From positions 288-64,287 of the forward strand of contig JAMCQL010000037.1 in assembly GCA_023381615.1 (NCBI GenBank): a stretch of DNA of 64,000 nt, written 5' to 3'. The stretch comes from Bacteroidota bacterium. Its GTDB lineage: Bacteria > Bacteroidota > Ignavibacteria > Kryptoniales > JAKASW01. The translations under genes were made by a program, and so were the position numbers. How positions within the stretch are numbered: the first letter of the stretch is position 1; each line of letters opens with the position of its first letter. Positions 19,458 to 29,952 of the stretch are shown piece after piece. The notes beneath the pieces were generated by a model. That model was not told the origin of the DNA. It made no database searches and saw only the letters and a program-made list of their open reading frames with translations.

Positions 19458-19808
19458 ATGAATGAGTTTAAAGTGCTGACTCGAGACTCGGGCAATGCGG
19501 TTGTCATGGAGCTTCACGGTTTCCTTGACGCGCATACCGCGCCGGAGCTCGAAAAGACTTTTTCGGAACTCATTGGGAAAGGTAAGTTCAACATCGTTGT
19601 GAACTTTAGCGAGTTGAACTACATATCGAGCGCCGGACTCGGCGTCTTCATGGCGTACATCGACGAAATAAGGACTAATCATGGCGATATCAAACTGGCA
19701 AACATGCAGCAAAAAGTTTACAACGTGTTCGACCTTCTTGGGTTCCCATTCCTTTATGAAATCTACAAGGATCAGGACGAAGCGTTGAGGAAGTTCAGTA
19801 ATCATTGA
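19458..19808 (+). CDS. STAS-domain anti-sigma-factor antagonist (RsbV/SpoIIAA-like)
   Basis: 116 aa, ...FSELNYISSAGLGVF..., with the phosphorylatable Ser in the conserved position. Confidence 0.85.
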   Translation: MNEFKVLTRDSGNAVVMELHGFLDAHTAPELEKTFSELIGKGKFNIVVNFSELNYISSAGLGVFMAYIDEIRTNHGDIKLANMQQKVYNVFDLLGFPFLYEIYKDQDEALRKFSNH

Positions 19809-19837
19809 TTCACAATTGAGACACTAGCGAAGATATT

Positions 19838-20281
19838 GTGAAAAGGTTAGACAAAATAGAAGAATCGAAAATATACAAAAGCACGACCACCGTGCTCTCG
19901 GATGTAAGGTCGTTCGTGAACGAACATGCTTACAATTTTGGATTCGGCGATAAGGAGATTTCTGAAATCATCCTCGCAGTTGATGAAGCTTGCACCAATG
20001 TCATAAAGCATGCGTATAAAGGAAATCTGGAGGCGGAATTCGAAGTCAGGGTAATCGCGAGCGGAATAGAATTCGCTGTGACCGTTCGCGACTGGGGAGA
20101 GAGTTTCAAGCCCGAGGAAGTTCCTGTGCCGAACATCAAAGAAAAGATGAAGGTACACAAAGCGGGCGGACTCGGAATATTTTTGATGCGAAAGCTGATG
20201 GACACCGTCGAATATCAAGAGAAAGGCGCCGCTAACGAAGTAAGACTTGTTCGTTACTTGAAAAATGAACCAAAAGCTTAA
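19838..20281 (+). CDS. anti-sigma regulatory Ser/Thr kinase (RsbW/SpoIIAB-like, HATPase_c)
   Basis: 147 aa. N-box AVDEACTNVIKHAY, G-boxes DWGESF and GGLGIFLM. Confidence 0.85.
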   Translation: MKRLDKIEESKIYKSTTTVLSDVRSFVNEHAYNFGFGDKEISEIILAVDEACTNVIKHAYKGNLEAEFEVRVIASGIEFAVTVRDWGESFKPEEVPVPNIKEKMKVHKAGGLGIFLMRKLMDTVEYQEKGAANEVRLVRYLKNEPKA

Positions 20282-21989
20282 ATCGGGCGGCGATCAAATC
20301 GTCGAATTAACCTCCCTTATTGAGACAGCCAAGATACTCAATTCTTCTTTAGATTATAAGTTCATCTTGAATCATATCATGCTCGCTTCGATGGGCAAGC
20401 TTGCTGTCTCCAAAAGCGCCGCGGTCGTCCATTCCACAATTTCTTCCGGGGAAGAGAAAGAAGGATTTCTTAAGATCGGGAAAGGGATTTCCTTGGACGA
20501 TGAGGCCATTGCGGAACTTTTGTCGCTCGATCTTGAAGGATCGGTTGAGCCTTCCGACATCAACAGTTCTCTTACGCACACGCTGACCGCCGCCGGTATA
20601 AGAAGAGTTTTTGCAATAAGAAGTTCCCACAGGCTTTTCGGCTATTTATTCATCGGCAAGAAACTTGTGGGCGGCGAGCTTGTCCCGACGGAAATCGAAT
20701 TCGTTTCCACTCTCTGCAATATTGCCGCGGCGGCAATCGAAAATGCAAGCGTGTTTCAGCAATACAAAGATTCGAACTTTGAGCTCCAGCGCCGCGTGCA
20801 GGAGCTACAGACACTTTTTGAATTGAGCAAAGAATTTAATCTGCTGATAGATGAGTCGCGTGCTATCCGGACGCTTGAGTTTGCAATCATGGGACAGATC
20901 GGTGCGAGAAAATACGCGGTCTGTTTAGCGGACGATTCTAAAATTCGTATCGTGGTTAATAGACTTCCGGGAATAGAAAACTGCGACATCCATGCACTCT
21001 GCTCGCTTGAGCAGCCGGTGAGGCTGTCCCGACATTTATCGGGAGAGACTCTGCCGGCCGCAGATGATTTCATTGAAAAAGGCGCCGAAGTTGCGATACC
21101 ATTTCAGCTGCAGGGAAAGACGAGTGGATTGCTGATCCTCGGCGAGAGAGTCTCGCGCGCGAAATATACAGATTCGGAAATAAACTTCGCCGCATCTTTG
21201 TGCAATCTCGCGGCGATGGCTATCGACAATGCGAGACTATTCGAAGAATCGATGGGAAAGCAGCGGCTCGAGGAGGAATTGAATATAGCTCACACAATTC
21301 AGGAAAAACTTCTTCCGAGAGAGATGCCGAAGTTCAGTCGCTGCGAGGTCGAGACATTTCACATTCCGACAAAGCAGGTCGGCGGGGATTACTTTGATGT
21401 CATAAGAATAAGTGAAAACTTAATTTGCGTGGCGATAGCGGATGTTTCTGGAAAAGGATTTCCTGCTGCGCTGCTGATGGCAAATCTGCAATCGGCTTTC
21501 CGGGCGCTGATGGCAACTGAGCTGAAACTCGACGAGATAACCGAGCGCCTGAATAACATCGTATATGAGAACACCAACTCCGACAGGTTCATAACATTTT
21601 TTGCAGCGATTTACGATTCTTCGAATCAGAGCCTGAGCTATGTCAACGCCGGACACAATTATCCGTTCTTACTCAAGCCTGACGGACGAATTGTGAGGTT
21701 CGACAAAGGCGGCTTGATGTTGGGAGTAATGCAAAACATTAAGTACCAGACGGGCGAGGAAAAAGTGGAAAGCGGTGACATGCTTTACATGTTCACGGAT
21801 GGAGTGAGTGAAGCTCTCGATTCGAGAGGAGAGCAGTTTACCGAAGAGAGAGTCGAAAGTATTCTAAAGATGAACTCGGCATCGAGTTCCGGTGAAGTTT
21901 TGGAAATCATCCGAAAAGAAATCGCGGCATTCGTCGGGAGCGCTCCTCAAAGCGACGACATTACGCAAGTGTGTGTGAAGTTTTCGTAA
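20265..21989 (+). CDS. cytoplasmic GAF-GAF-PP2C (SpoIIE/RsbU-type) phosphatase
   Basis: 574 aa. Two GAF-like regions, then HTIQEKLLP...GGDYFDV...AIADVSGKGFPAALLMA...TDGVSEA...DDITQV. Confidence 0.85.
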   Translation: MNQKLKSGGDQIVELTSLIETAKILNSSLDYKFILNHIMLASMGKLAVSKSAAVVHSTISSGEEKEGFLKIGKGISLDDEAIAELLSLDLEGSVEPSDINSSLTHTLTAAGIRRVFAIRSSHRLFGYLFIGKKLVGGELVPTEIEFVSTLCNIAAAAIENASVFQQYKDSNFELQRRVQELQTLFELSKEFNLLIDESRAIRTLEFAIMGQIGARKYAVCLADDSKIRIVVNRLPGIENCDIHALCSLEQPVRLSRHLSGETLPAADDFIEKGAEVAIPFQLQGKTSGLLILGERVSRAKYTDSEINFAASLCNLAAMAIDNARLFEESMGKQRLEEELNIAHTIQEKLLPREMPKFSRCEVETFHIPTKQVGGDYFDVIRISENLICVAIADVSGKGFPAALLMANLQSAFRALMATELKLDEITERLNNIVYENTNSDRFITFFAAIYDSSNQSLSYVNAGHNYPFLLKPDGRIVRFDKGGLMLGVMQNIKYQTGEEKVESGDMLYMFTDGVSEALDSRGEQFTEERVESILKMNSASSSGEVLEIIRKEIAAFVGSAPQSDDITQVCVKFS

Positions 21990-22803
21990 TATAGACTTCC
22001 TCAATTTGTAACATGGTACAAAGAATACTCTTTTATCTTTACTTTATTTCCTTTCGGATTCCTCTACTTCAATTCCATGACTGATTGAGGTTTCAGTCGG
22101 CCGTTGGGAGAATGACGGCAGAATCTTGATTTTTCGGACACATTCAGAGGATTTGCTCTTTTAGCCTTGGCTAATATTGTTTACGATTGACCAATATTGT
22201 GCGATTCTCCCCTCCTCCGAAAGGCAAATAACCATAACTACACTGAACTGAAAATAGGAATCGCGGCACATTTATTGACGAACTTTGGGGTGTACACTCA
22301 GTTGATTTCTGCAGGAACAAGACGGAGAGCAAACCAAAAGCTTTTGCAGGTGACTGAGAGCTGAAAAAATCCAAGGAATTAACTGAATTGTTCATTTGGA
22401 TCGACTTTCTATAGAGGTATGCACCAACAAACGCAGAAGGAATCAAAAAAATGAAATGGTTCAAGAACCTTTTATGAAAGAGGGACACTTTGTATCTTTC
22501 ACGCCAAAGAAGCAAACATCAACTTATTAACGCATCACAAGACTTTGTAAAATTTTCTATTGTCAGCTTCAGACTTGGATCGCGAAAAGGACAGGCAATT
22601 ATCCTGAACGTGGCATTTGGAAATGATATTATTGACAAGATGCGCGGTTGTCAAACGGCAAGTCGCTCTCAGAAAAACTCGCAAAGCAAGAGCTTCCGCC
22701 CATGAGATATCAATTAGAATTTCCCAATAGATCAATTGGTAATTGCAATGTTTATGAAACTACTAATCCGCCCCGGCGGACTATTTAAACGAGGGAAGTA
22801 CCC

Positions 22804-25473
22804 ATGTCGCTGAGAAACAAATTCTTGTTCGTCTTCTCCATCTCACTTTTATTAGTGAGCGGATTATTTGTTTACGTAACGATTCACTTAATATCCAATG
22901 AGTGGGTCAAATCCAAAGAAGAAACAAATTTAGGATTTGCAAAAGAAGAGGCGCGGGAAATTTCGGAATGGATATCTGATCAGGTGCAGAAGGCTTATCT
23001 TATTTCAGTTAAGCATTCCATTTCTGGAAATAGGAACAATGTAGAATTCAGGAGCAGCTTTAACCAAGTGGAAAATGCTGCCAAGCAATCCGGTGAGAAG
23101 ATAGGTTTTTTAGTTTATTCAGCAGCAAAAAAGATAGTCTACGCTAATTCCGGTTATGGAATCTGGACGGATTCGATCAGGAACCAAGCTGCTCTATTTT
23201 TCCGCGAACTGAAAAAGCTTCGAGGGAATCAGGCAGACTCCCGGGAATTCAGGATAGGAAAAGTCGGAAGATATATCATAATTGCAGTTCCTCTCGTCAA
23301 TTATGATGGCTCCTTTGATGGCATGTTAAATGAGATAATTGATTTTGAGAGTTCGGCATTTGCCACGTCTCTGCATGATTTCACAAACAGCGCGCATAGT
23401 CGTATGCAGATCACAGATTCACTTGGAGGAATTATAACTGGTGACACGATAAAACTCGAAGTCCTCAGGAATAATTCTGAAGTAGGATTGGTCCCTATCC
23501 TCGGCAAAAGCGGCGCATTTGAAAAAGGCAACAAAGACGTTGTCACGTACGCAAAAATCCGACTCACACCATGGTACGTCGTGGTGGACCAGCCGATCAC
23601 TGATCTTGAACGTGAACTCACGAATCTCGAAGAAAATTATGCATGGATAATTGGACTCGGAATACTGCTGATATTTGTTGTGTCTTATGTGATTGCGGAT
23701 TCGATGGCGAGTCCTATTCGTGGACTTTTGAAAGCGATGTACAGGGCGGCAGACAAAGATTTCTCTCCCGTTACGGTTAATGCCAGCGGGGAGTTACAGT
23801 TGTTGATAAATTCCTTCAATAGAATGGCTGCGTCTCTTGAAAGAAAATACAATCAGATAGATGCGCTCAATGAATTCAGCTCATCGGTGATTGTAGACAT
23901 TCGTGAGAACAACATCTTCAATCGCATTGGAAAGGCTACCGCTCGTGCGCTCGATGTTGGAATAGCAACTGTCTTAATGCCTGATGACGCCGGGAATCTG
24001 AAGGTCAAGGGCCCGTTTGGAATACCTGAGTCGGAGATAGATAAGTTTGAAGTGCCTGCAAACAAAGGGCTTAGCCAAGTCGTTTACAGAGAAGGAAGGA
24101 GCATCGTATCAAATAACGCGGATAAAGATCCGGTTTTCTATCGCGGAACAAAACCGCTCAAACACATAAGAACATTTATGTCGGCTCCTATCATCGCCGA
24201 CGGAAAGACTATCGGCGTGCTCAACGTTGCGAACACTAAAGATAATTCTGATTTCACTCCTGAGGACTTAAAGCTTTTGGAGACTTTCGCCAATCAAGCG
24301 GGAATCGCAATCCAAAACTCCCATTTGTATAAACAGCTTCGCGAAGATCTTGAAAGAATTGAAGCTCTCCAAGATGAACTTGTCCAGTCTGAAAAGTTGT
24401 CGGCCGTTGGTCAATTGGTGTCCGGAGTCGCTCACGAACTGAATAACCCTCTCGGCGTGATTCTCGGATTTTCTGAACTTGCGAAGCAGAATACAAATGA
24501 TCAGCGTCTGGCAAATTATCTGCAGAAGATCGAAGAGTCGGCTGTCAGGGCGTCTAGCATTGTGAAAAATCTTTTGATATTTGCGCGAAAGGAGACTCCA
24601 AAACGGACGAAGATCAATCTAAATGAAGTTGTCGGGAACGTTCTTGATTTAATTGCACACCCGCTGAATGTCGGTAAGATTACTGTTGTGCGGGAATTCC
24701 AGCCGGACATCGGTGATACCTTTGCGAACTTTCAACAGCTTGAGCAAGTTTTTCTAAACCTGTTTACGAATGCAATGCAAGCCATGGAAGAAACCGGCGG
24801 CGGCATAATTACTGTGAAGACTTATCAAGATGCGGACAGGCTAAAAGCAATCGTTTCGGACAACGGACCGGGAATCAAAGCGGAGATAATTGGGAAAATA
24901 TTTGACCCGTTCTTTACTACGAAACCTGTCGGCAAAGGGACCGGTCTTGGACTGAGCGTCAGCTATAGCATATTGAAATCCTACGGCGGCGACATAAAAG
25001 TTGAGAGTCAAGAAGGGAAAGGCGCAACATTTATCATTGAACTTCCGGCGATTAGTGACGATGCCATCGAACAGGAAGAGACCGAGCTGCAATTATCAAG
25101 ATTAAATGGAGTGCGTGTCCTTTTTGTTGAAGATGAGGAAGAAATGCGCATGATGGTCAAGGACGCTCTTGAAAAATATGGATGCAAGGTTTCAACTGCC
25201 GAGAACGGACTCGAGGCGCTGGATTTAGTGGATTCGACCCAATACGACGTAATCTTGTCCGATCTTCGCATGCCGAAAATGGACGGCGAAGAGTTTTACA
25301 GGAAGTCCACTTCAAAGAATCCGATTTACTTGAAACGATTTATTTTCAGCAGCGGAGACACCGCAAGGGAGAGCACTCAGGACTTCCTGAAGGAAACAGG
25401 TTGCGATGTTATCATGAAACCGTTTACGATCCATCAGCTTGCCGCGAAAATCCTAAAGGTGAAAAGCAGTTGA
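22804..25473 (+). CDS. hybrid sensor histidine kinase (periplasmic sensor, HAMP, GAF, HisKA, HATPase, REC)
   Basis: 889 aa with two TM segments. H-box [14 protein letters not shown] boxes ...NAMQAM..., [19 protein letters not shown] domain [10 protein letters not shown]...[14 protein letters not shown]. Confidence 0.9.
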   Translation: MSLRNKFLFVFSISLLLVSGLFVYVTIHLISNEWVKSKEETNLGFAKEEAREISEWISDQVQKAYLISVKHSISGNRNNVEFRSSFNQVENAAKQSGEKIGFLVYSAAKKIVYANSGYGIWTDSIRNQAALFFRELKKLRGNQADSREFRIGKVGRYIIIAVPLVNYDGSFDGMLNEIIDFESSAFATSLHDFTNSAHSRMQITDSLGGIITGDTIKLEVLRNNSEVGLVPILGKSGAFEKGNKDVVTYAKIRLTPWYVVVDQPITDLERELTNLEENYAWIIGLGILLIFVVSYVIADSMASPIRGLLKAMYRAADKDFSPVTVNASGELQLLINSFNRMAASLERKYNQIDALNEFSSSVIVDIRENNIFNRIGKATARALDVGIATVLMPDDAGNLKVKGPFGIPESEIDKFEVPANKGLSQVVYREGRSIVSNNADKDPVFYRGTKPLKHIRTFMSAPIIADGKTIGVLNVANTKDNSDFTPEDLKLLETFANQAGIAIQNSHLYKQLREDLERIEALQDELVQSEKLSAVGQLVSGVAHELNNPLGVILGFSELAKQNTNDQRLANYLQKIEESAVRASSIVKNLLIFARKETPKRTKINLNEVVGNVLDLIAHPLNVGKITVVREFQPDIGDTFANFQQLEQVFLNLFTNAMQAMEETGGGIITVKTYQDADRLKAIVSDNGPGIKAEIIGKIFDPFFTTKPVGKGTGLGLSVSYSILKSYGGDIKVESQEGKGATFIIELPAISDDAIEQEETELQLSRLNGVRVLFVEDEEEMRMMVKDALEKYGCKVSTAENGLEALDLVDSTQYDVILSDLRMPKMDGEEFYRKSTSKNPIYLKRFIFSSGDTARESTQDFLKETGCDVIMKPFTIHQLAAKILKVKSS

Positions 25474-25614
25474 AATAAGATTTATGAGCCCACTCTAAAA
25501 AGGGAAATTGCTTAATAAAAATTTTGAATTTAGCATAAAATTGGAACTGAAAAATTAAATAATAACCTTTGCGGTGGTGGTTTACTTTCTATGATGAAGC
25601 TCCGACAAGTTAAA

Positions 25615-26096
25615 TTAAGGGACCGGGGCTTGGACTTTCGGTTGTGCACGGCATAGTGAAGCAGCATGGCGGTACAGTGGAAATACACAGTGAATCAGGA
25701 AAGGGAACTACTTTTGATATCTATCTTCCTTCGGTGAGAAGCGTGTCGGAAAGTGCTGCTGGTCAATGATAAAAGAGAGCCGGGCGATGCGAAAAATTCA
25801 TTGGAGAAAATACTGGTTGTCGAGGACAGCGAAGAATTGCGCGAGTTGTTGACAACTGTACTTCGGGACAGTGGTATCCTGTCATGCCCGAACGTTTCTA
25901 TCGGGCATCCACAAATCCAAAGGATCCCGACCTTCGTCGGGACAGATTCCCGCTGAGAACATAAGGGAATGACAACGCCGCGAGTGGCGGAGAATCAAAC
26001 CCGGTAGAGATTGAACCGGATGTCGATTTTATCCAGAAGCCGTTCGGTACTTCGGAGATAAAAGCAAAAGTTCGAGAGATGCTCGATAGTCCGTAG
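25615..26096 (+). pseudogene. decayed 3' remnant of a second hybrid histidine kinase
   Basis: [39 protein letters not shown] (G2 box to end of HATPase), a frame change, EKILVVEDSEELRELLTTVLRDSG (REC start), about 105 nt of hairpin repeats in place of the REC core, then ...VDFIQKPFGTSEIKAKVREMLDSP* (REC end). Confidence 0.75.
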
Positions 26097-26340
26097 GATC
26101 CTTCGGAGAAGTAGACTTTTCCGGGTAAAGGAATTCGCTGGTTTTAAAAAAACACGCCCAAGCGGCTGTTCAATCCAAAGCGCGATTTTCACGTTAATTT
26201 CATCTTCTTTTCTTAGGTTTTGTGAGACTTTTTGAGGCTGTAGATGATTTAATGAGAAATTAATTGCAAATTAAATTTACAATTCTGAATTTAATTGAAG
26301 AGAGCGGTGTTTAAGAATAGTATGGACGAGAGGAGTTGAG

Positions 26341-27675
26341 ATGAGAGCGAGGACAAACACCTACGATTTGTTTTTCCATTTTTCTAGTTTTGTCACCGAC
26401 GTTTCACCGCAACTGGGCGCTCGAGTACTTGATGGTTTACTGATGCCAGTTGCCGGCAGCAGTCTTCTGTCGAAGTGGATGTTGAAGCGAATGCAGAAGC
26501 AGCTCTCGGCAGCCAAGAAGATCAAAAAAATTCTCGTTGTCGGCGATCTCAATATCGGCGATGCAGTAACTGTGCAGTCGGGCATAACGGCTTTGCATGA
26601 ATTATTTCCGAGAGTTCAGATTGACTATGTCATAAAAGAATCTGCCAGAAACATTATTGAAGGGAATCCGTTCGTTTCAAATCTTTTCCCTGTTTATCAA
26701 GGCGTTCCGACCCCGAGCGAACAGGACATCGCAAAGCTGCTCTCCATAGTTCAGGATGGCGCGTATGACCTCATTATGGATTTCAGCCCGATGATCGATA
26801 GCGGACTTTTTGAAGATTATGCTCAGGCAGTTGTTGATTTTTCTCCGATGGCGGCTGAGATGATGAGGAACGAAAAAGACCCAAATGGGATCAGCAACGT
26901 TATTTATCAAGGTTATGTTTATATTCTTAATCTTTTCGCACAAGACGTTCCAAATCATGAGTCGCATTCATCTGATGGAGTTGGAGTTTACCTTTCCGAT
27001 GAAGCTATCGAACGCGCTGTCAATTTCATTTCTGATGCGGGAATAGCGCTGGGTGATAAAATCATATTAATAAATCCTGACGCCTCAACGCAATTCACAA
27101 GGATGCCGTTCGAAGTTCAATCTGAATTATTGAAAAGCCTGACTGACTTGGACTGCAAAATATTGTTGGGCGCCGGACAGGTTGAGAGGCTTATCGAGGA
27201 AAAGCTTCTTAGTTCTATTCCTCGTTTGAACCGCAGAAAAGTAACGGTTGTTCCGCGGGAAATTCCTTTGGACACGTACGCGGCATTTGTGGACGCTTCC
27301 GATGTTTTTATAAGCGGGGACACCGGGCCGCTGCACATCGCGGCGGCAAGAAAATATTCGCGGACCGGCCGGTATGAAATGAGAAACCACACGGCGGTAG
27401 TATCAATTTTTGGTTCGACTCCGTCACGGATTTACGGATACGATTCCGGGAGGACAAACTTTTTCGCCGCGAACCAGGACGCGCTGTCCCGTGTGTATAT
27501 CGCCCCGAGTCCTTGCAGAAATATCACATGCATCAACAAAGCGGCGAAAACTTGCAGTCGAGTTCGTTGCTTCGATAACTTGAACATTAGGGGCATTGTG
27601 TCTGATATTAAAACGTATTTAGACACAATTGAAAATTTCACACAGATTGAGTCAAAAAAAGTATATGCAAAATGA
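26341..27675 (+). CDS. glycosyltransferase family 9 (heptosyltransferase-like)
   Basis: 444 aa. ...KKILVVGDLNIGDAVTVQSGITALHELFPRVQIDYV... and ...VFISGDTGPLHIAAA... match GT9 N- and C-terminal motifs. Confidence 0.75.
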   Translation: MRARTNTYDLFFHFSSFVTDVSPQLGARVLDGLLMPVAGSSLLSKWMLKRMQKQLSAAKKIKKILVVGDLNIGDAVTVQSGITALHELFPRVQIDYVIKESARNIIEGNPFVSNLFPVYQGVPTPSEQDIAKLLSIVQDGAYDLIMDFSPMIDSGLFEDYAQAVVDFSPMAAEMMRNEKDPNGISNVIYQGYVYILNLFAQDVPNHESHSSDGVGVYLSDEAIERAVNFISDAGIALGDKIILINPDASTQFTRMPFEVQSELLKSLTDLDCKILLGAGQVERLIEEKLLSSIPRLNRRKVTVVPREIPLDTYAAFVDASDVFISGDTGPLHIAAARKYSRTGRYEMRNHTAVVSIFGSTPSRIYGYDSGRTNFFAANQDALSRVYIAPSPCRNITCINKAAKTCSRVRCFDNLNIRGIVSDIKTYLDTIENFTQIESKKVYAK

Positions 27676-27703
27676 AAATTATTCAAGGAGTCAGCAGAGC
27701 TGA

Positions 27704-28351
27704 ATGGATACAGTTTTATTTCTGCTCCTTGCATACGTGATGGGGTTTTTTACGGCAATTCCGATCGGCGCGACACAAATCGAAATAGCAAAACGTTCCC
27801 TGAATAATCACCTGAGAGCCGCTTATATGGTTGCGCTCGGCTCGGTGAGTTCGGATGTGATGTACGGCGCCATAGCGCTCTTCGGAGTGGCGCCTTTTTT
27901 CAAGGACAAAACTGTCGTTGCGATTTTTGGCCTGGTTGCGACGGTGATTTTATGGCTGCTTGCTTTCCTGACATTCAAGGAGGGAGCGAAAGCCAACATG
28001 CTTGAGCTGAGCCATTCAACGTTGAAAAGCAAAAGGATGTCCTTTTTTACCGGATTTTCGCTCGCTGTTACGAATCCGATGATGGTTGTCTGGTGGCTCG
28101 TTGGCGTAAGAATCGTGAAAGACCTCGGACTTGTCACAAGCCTTGACAGAAATGCTTCGCTGTTATTTCTTGTATTCGGCGGATTGGGACTCGCATCTTA
28201 TCTGACTGTGCTTGCCACGACTTTACACTGGGTGAAGAGGTTTGTCTCGAACGAGATGATGAAGAAGGTCAACTATGGCCTTGGGGTCGTTCTCATTCTG
28301 TTGTCATTTTATTTCCTTGTAAGCTCGCTGCACACGCTTTTGCATTCTTAG
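27704..28351 (+). CDS. LysE/RhtB-family amino-acid exporter
   Basis: 215 aa with about six TM helices. The N-terminus ...FFTAIPIGATQIEIAKRSL is of the LysE-family type. Confidence 0.7.
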   Translation: MDTVLFLLLAYVMGFFTAIPIGATQIEIAKRSLNNHLRAAYMVALGSVSSDVMYGAIALFGVAPFFKDKTVVAIFGLVATVILWLLAFLTFKEGAKANMLELSHSTLKSKRMSFFTGFSLAVTNPMMVVWWLVGVRIVKDLGLVTSLDRNASLLFLVFGGLGLASYLTVLATTLHWVKRFVSNEMMKKVNYGLGVVLILLSFYFLVSSLHTLLHS

Positions 28352-28508
28352 AGAGCTGTTAACGGTCAGCCTTCAGCAATCAGCTATAGGCAAATGATAA
28401 TCGCACACCCTCATAGTTGACTTTTAGAAATATGACGGATACATTCTTGAGCCAAGTACTGCAACGGCAGATCGATTTGTAAAACGAGCAGCAAAACTGG
28501 GTTTTAAT

Positions 28509-28805
28509 ATGATTGCAAGAGAGAGCCAGATGAGAGAATTGATGCAAATTCCCGGCGTTGGAAAGTCTATTGCACAAGACTTGCTGAAAATTGGGATCAA
28601 GTCAGCAGCTGATTTGAAGGGCAAAGATCCGGAAGCTCTTTATGAACTATCGAATGAAAATGCGGGCGCTATTCAGGACAGATGTTTGTTGTACGTGTTC
28701 AGATGCGCTGTCTACTATGTATCAACAGATAAAGCTCATCAGCATCCCGAAAAACTGAAATGGTGGAATTGGAAAGATTCTAAGATTCGTAAAAGTGTTT
28801 TATAA
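28509..28805 (+). CDS. helix-hairpin-helix domain protein (Cdd1/pathogenicity-locus-like)
   Basis: 98 aa. MRELMQIPGVGKSIAQDLLKIGIKSAADLKGKDPEALY is an HhH motif. The true start may be the internal ATG at 28530. Confidence 0.6.
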   Translation: MIARESQMRELMQIPGVGKSIAQDLLKIGIKSAADLKGKDPEALYELSNENAGAIQDRCLLYVFRCAVYYVSTDKAHQHPEKLKWWNWKDSKIRKSVL

Positions 28806-29107
28806 CCATTCTCATGAGACCAAGTTACATGCTGTGTTTGAAGACAACGAAGAAAACAGAATCGCTTTGAGTTGCAGATGAATCAAGAACAAAAAGGAAT
28901 CACAGGCAATTATATAAAAGAGAAAATCTTGAAAGGGAAAGCAATATTATTGTTTGGTGCTTCTGTGGAGAAACGCCGCTTTTGGCCTCGTTTTTCACTT
29001 TGATTTTATGGCTTTCGACAACTATATTTTATGCCGCGACGCTAGAAAAATTGCACTTGGCATCCCGTGGGCGTTGTAGTGTTTTTTGAGATTGAGAAAT
29101 TCTTAGT

Positions 29108-29179
<72 letters not shown>

Positions 29180-29190
29180 CGCAGACGAGC

Positions 29191-29433
29191 TTCTATGTCT
29201 ATGTGCTGATGAGCCTGAAGAGCAAAGGGTTTTACATCGGTCAGACCAATAATCTCACCGATAGGCTCAGGAGACACAACGAAGGAAGAGTCAGGTCGAC
29301 GAAGGCATGGAGACCTTGGTCGTTAGTGTACTTTGAGAAATATGAAACAAGAGCTGAGGCAATGAGACGAGAGCGAGAGTTGAAAAGTCTCAAAGGGAAT
29401 GCGAAATTGCTGGACATTATTGGCATTTCCTAA
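29191..29433 (+). CDS. GIY-YIG nuclease family protein (YhbQ/UPF0213-like), copy 1; start codon unresolved
   Basis: SFYVYVLMSLKSKGFYIGQTNNLTDRLRRHNEGRVRSTKAWRPWSLVYFEKYETRAEAMRRERELKSLKG is a full GIY-YIG core (YVY..(10)..YIG, R, H, E). The ORF-track start (TTG 29107) lies inside the tRNA. The first in-frame starts after the tRNA are GTG 29203 and ATG 29209, inside the domain. Confidence 0.8.
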   Translation, partial: FYVYVLMSLKSKGFYIGQTNNLTDRLRRHNEGRVRSTKAWRPWSLVYFEKYETRAEAMRRERELKSLKGNAKLLDIIGIS

Positions 29434-29489
29434 GTGGCAAGGCATCCCGCTTTGCGGGAGATTCGGAGGTTCGAGTCCTCCCGCCCCAG
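29420..29489 (+). other. tRNA-like pseudo-structure (tRNA-Gln 3' segment joined to a degenerate 5' half)
   Basis: TTGGCATTTCCTAAGTGGCAAGGCA resembles the tRNA 5' and D region. The hairpin TCCCGC-TTT-GCGGGA replaces the anticodon arm. It is followed by the exact tRNA 3' 30 nt. The acceptor stem cannot pair (3/7). Confidence 0.6.
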
Positions 29490-29500
29490 CGCAGACGAGC

Positions 29501-29743
29501 TTCTATGTCTATGTGCTGATGAGCCTGAAGAGCAAAGGGTTTTACATCGGTCAGACCAATAATCTCACCGATAGGCTCAGGAGACACAACGAAGGAAGAG
29601 TCAGGTCGACGAAGGCATGGAGACCTTGGTCGTTAGTGTACTTTGAGAAATATGAAACAAGAGCTGAGGCAATGAGACGAGAGCGAGAGTTGAAAAGTCT
29701 CAAAGGGAATGCGAAATTGCTGGACATTATTGGCATTTCCTAA
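29501..29743 (+). CDS. GIY-YIG nuclease family protein, copy 2 (identical to copy 1)
   Basis: Identical sequence to copy 1. Here an upstream in-frame ATG at 29399 (within the end of copy 1, in another frame) gives a 114-aa ORF that reads through the tRNA-like segment. Confidence 0.8.
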   Translation, partial: FYVYVLMSLKSKGFYIGQTNNLTDRLRRHNEGRVRSTKAWRPWSLVYFEKYETRAEAMRRERELKSLKGNAKLLDIIGIS

Positions 29744-29828
29744 GTGGCAAGGCATCCTGTCGCCGCGTAGCGGGATCCCGCTGTGCGGGACTTTGCGGGA
29801 CATTCGAAGGTTCTCCCAAAGGGACTCC

Positions 29829-29952
29829 TAGAGACGTGGCCGAAAAGTCCCACCATTGAATTTTTCTCTGTGGCTCTCTGTGTCCCTCTGTGAAATTGCT
29901 CTTTTATTACACAGAGTTCCACAGAGATAACAGGTTTTCGGCCAGATCTATA
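29829..29952. mobile_element. 124-bp MITE-like element with about 19-bp imperfect TIRs and an 8-bp target-site duplication
   Basis: Left end TAGAGACGTGGCCGAAAAG versus the reverse complement of the right end TATAGATCTGGCCGAAAAC (15/19). It is flanked by direct GGGACTCC at 29821-29828 and 29953-29960. The core is a CTCTGTG...CACAGAG hairpin and there is no ORF. Confidence 0.7.

Noticed and set aside
22171-22515. 114-aa minus-strand ORF in the 810-bp gap
   Set aside because: It has no SD, no recognisable motif and a low-complexity hydrophobic/Ser-rich sequence. It is kept only as part of the finding on the unexplained gap.
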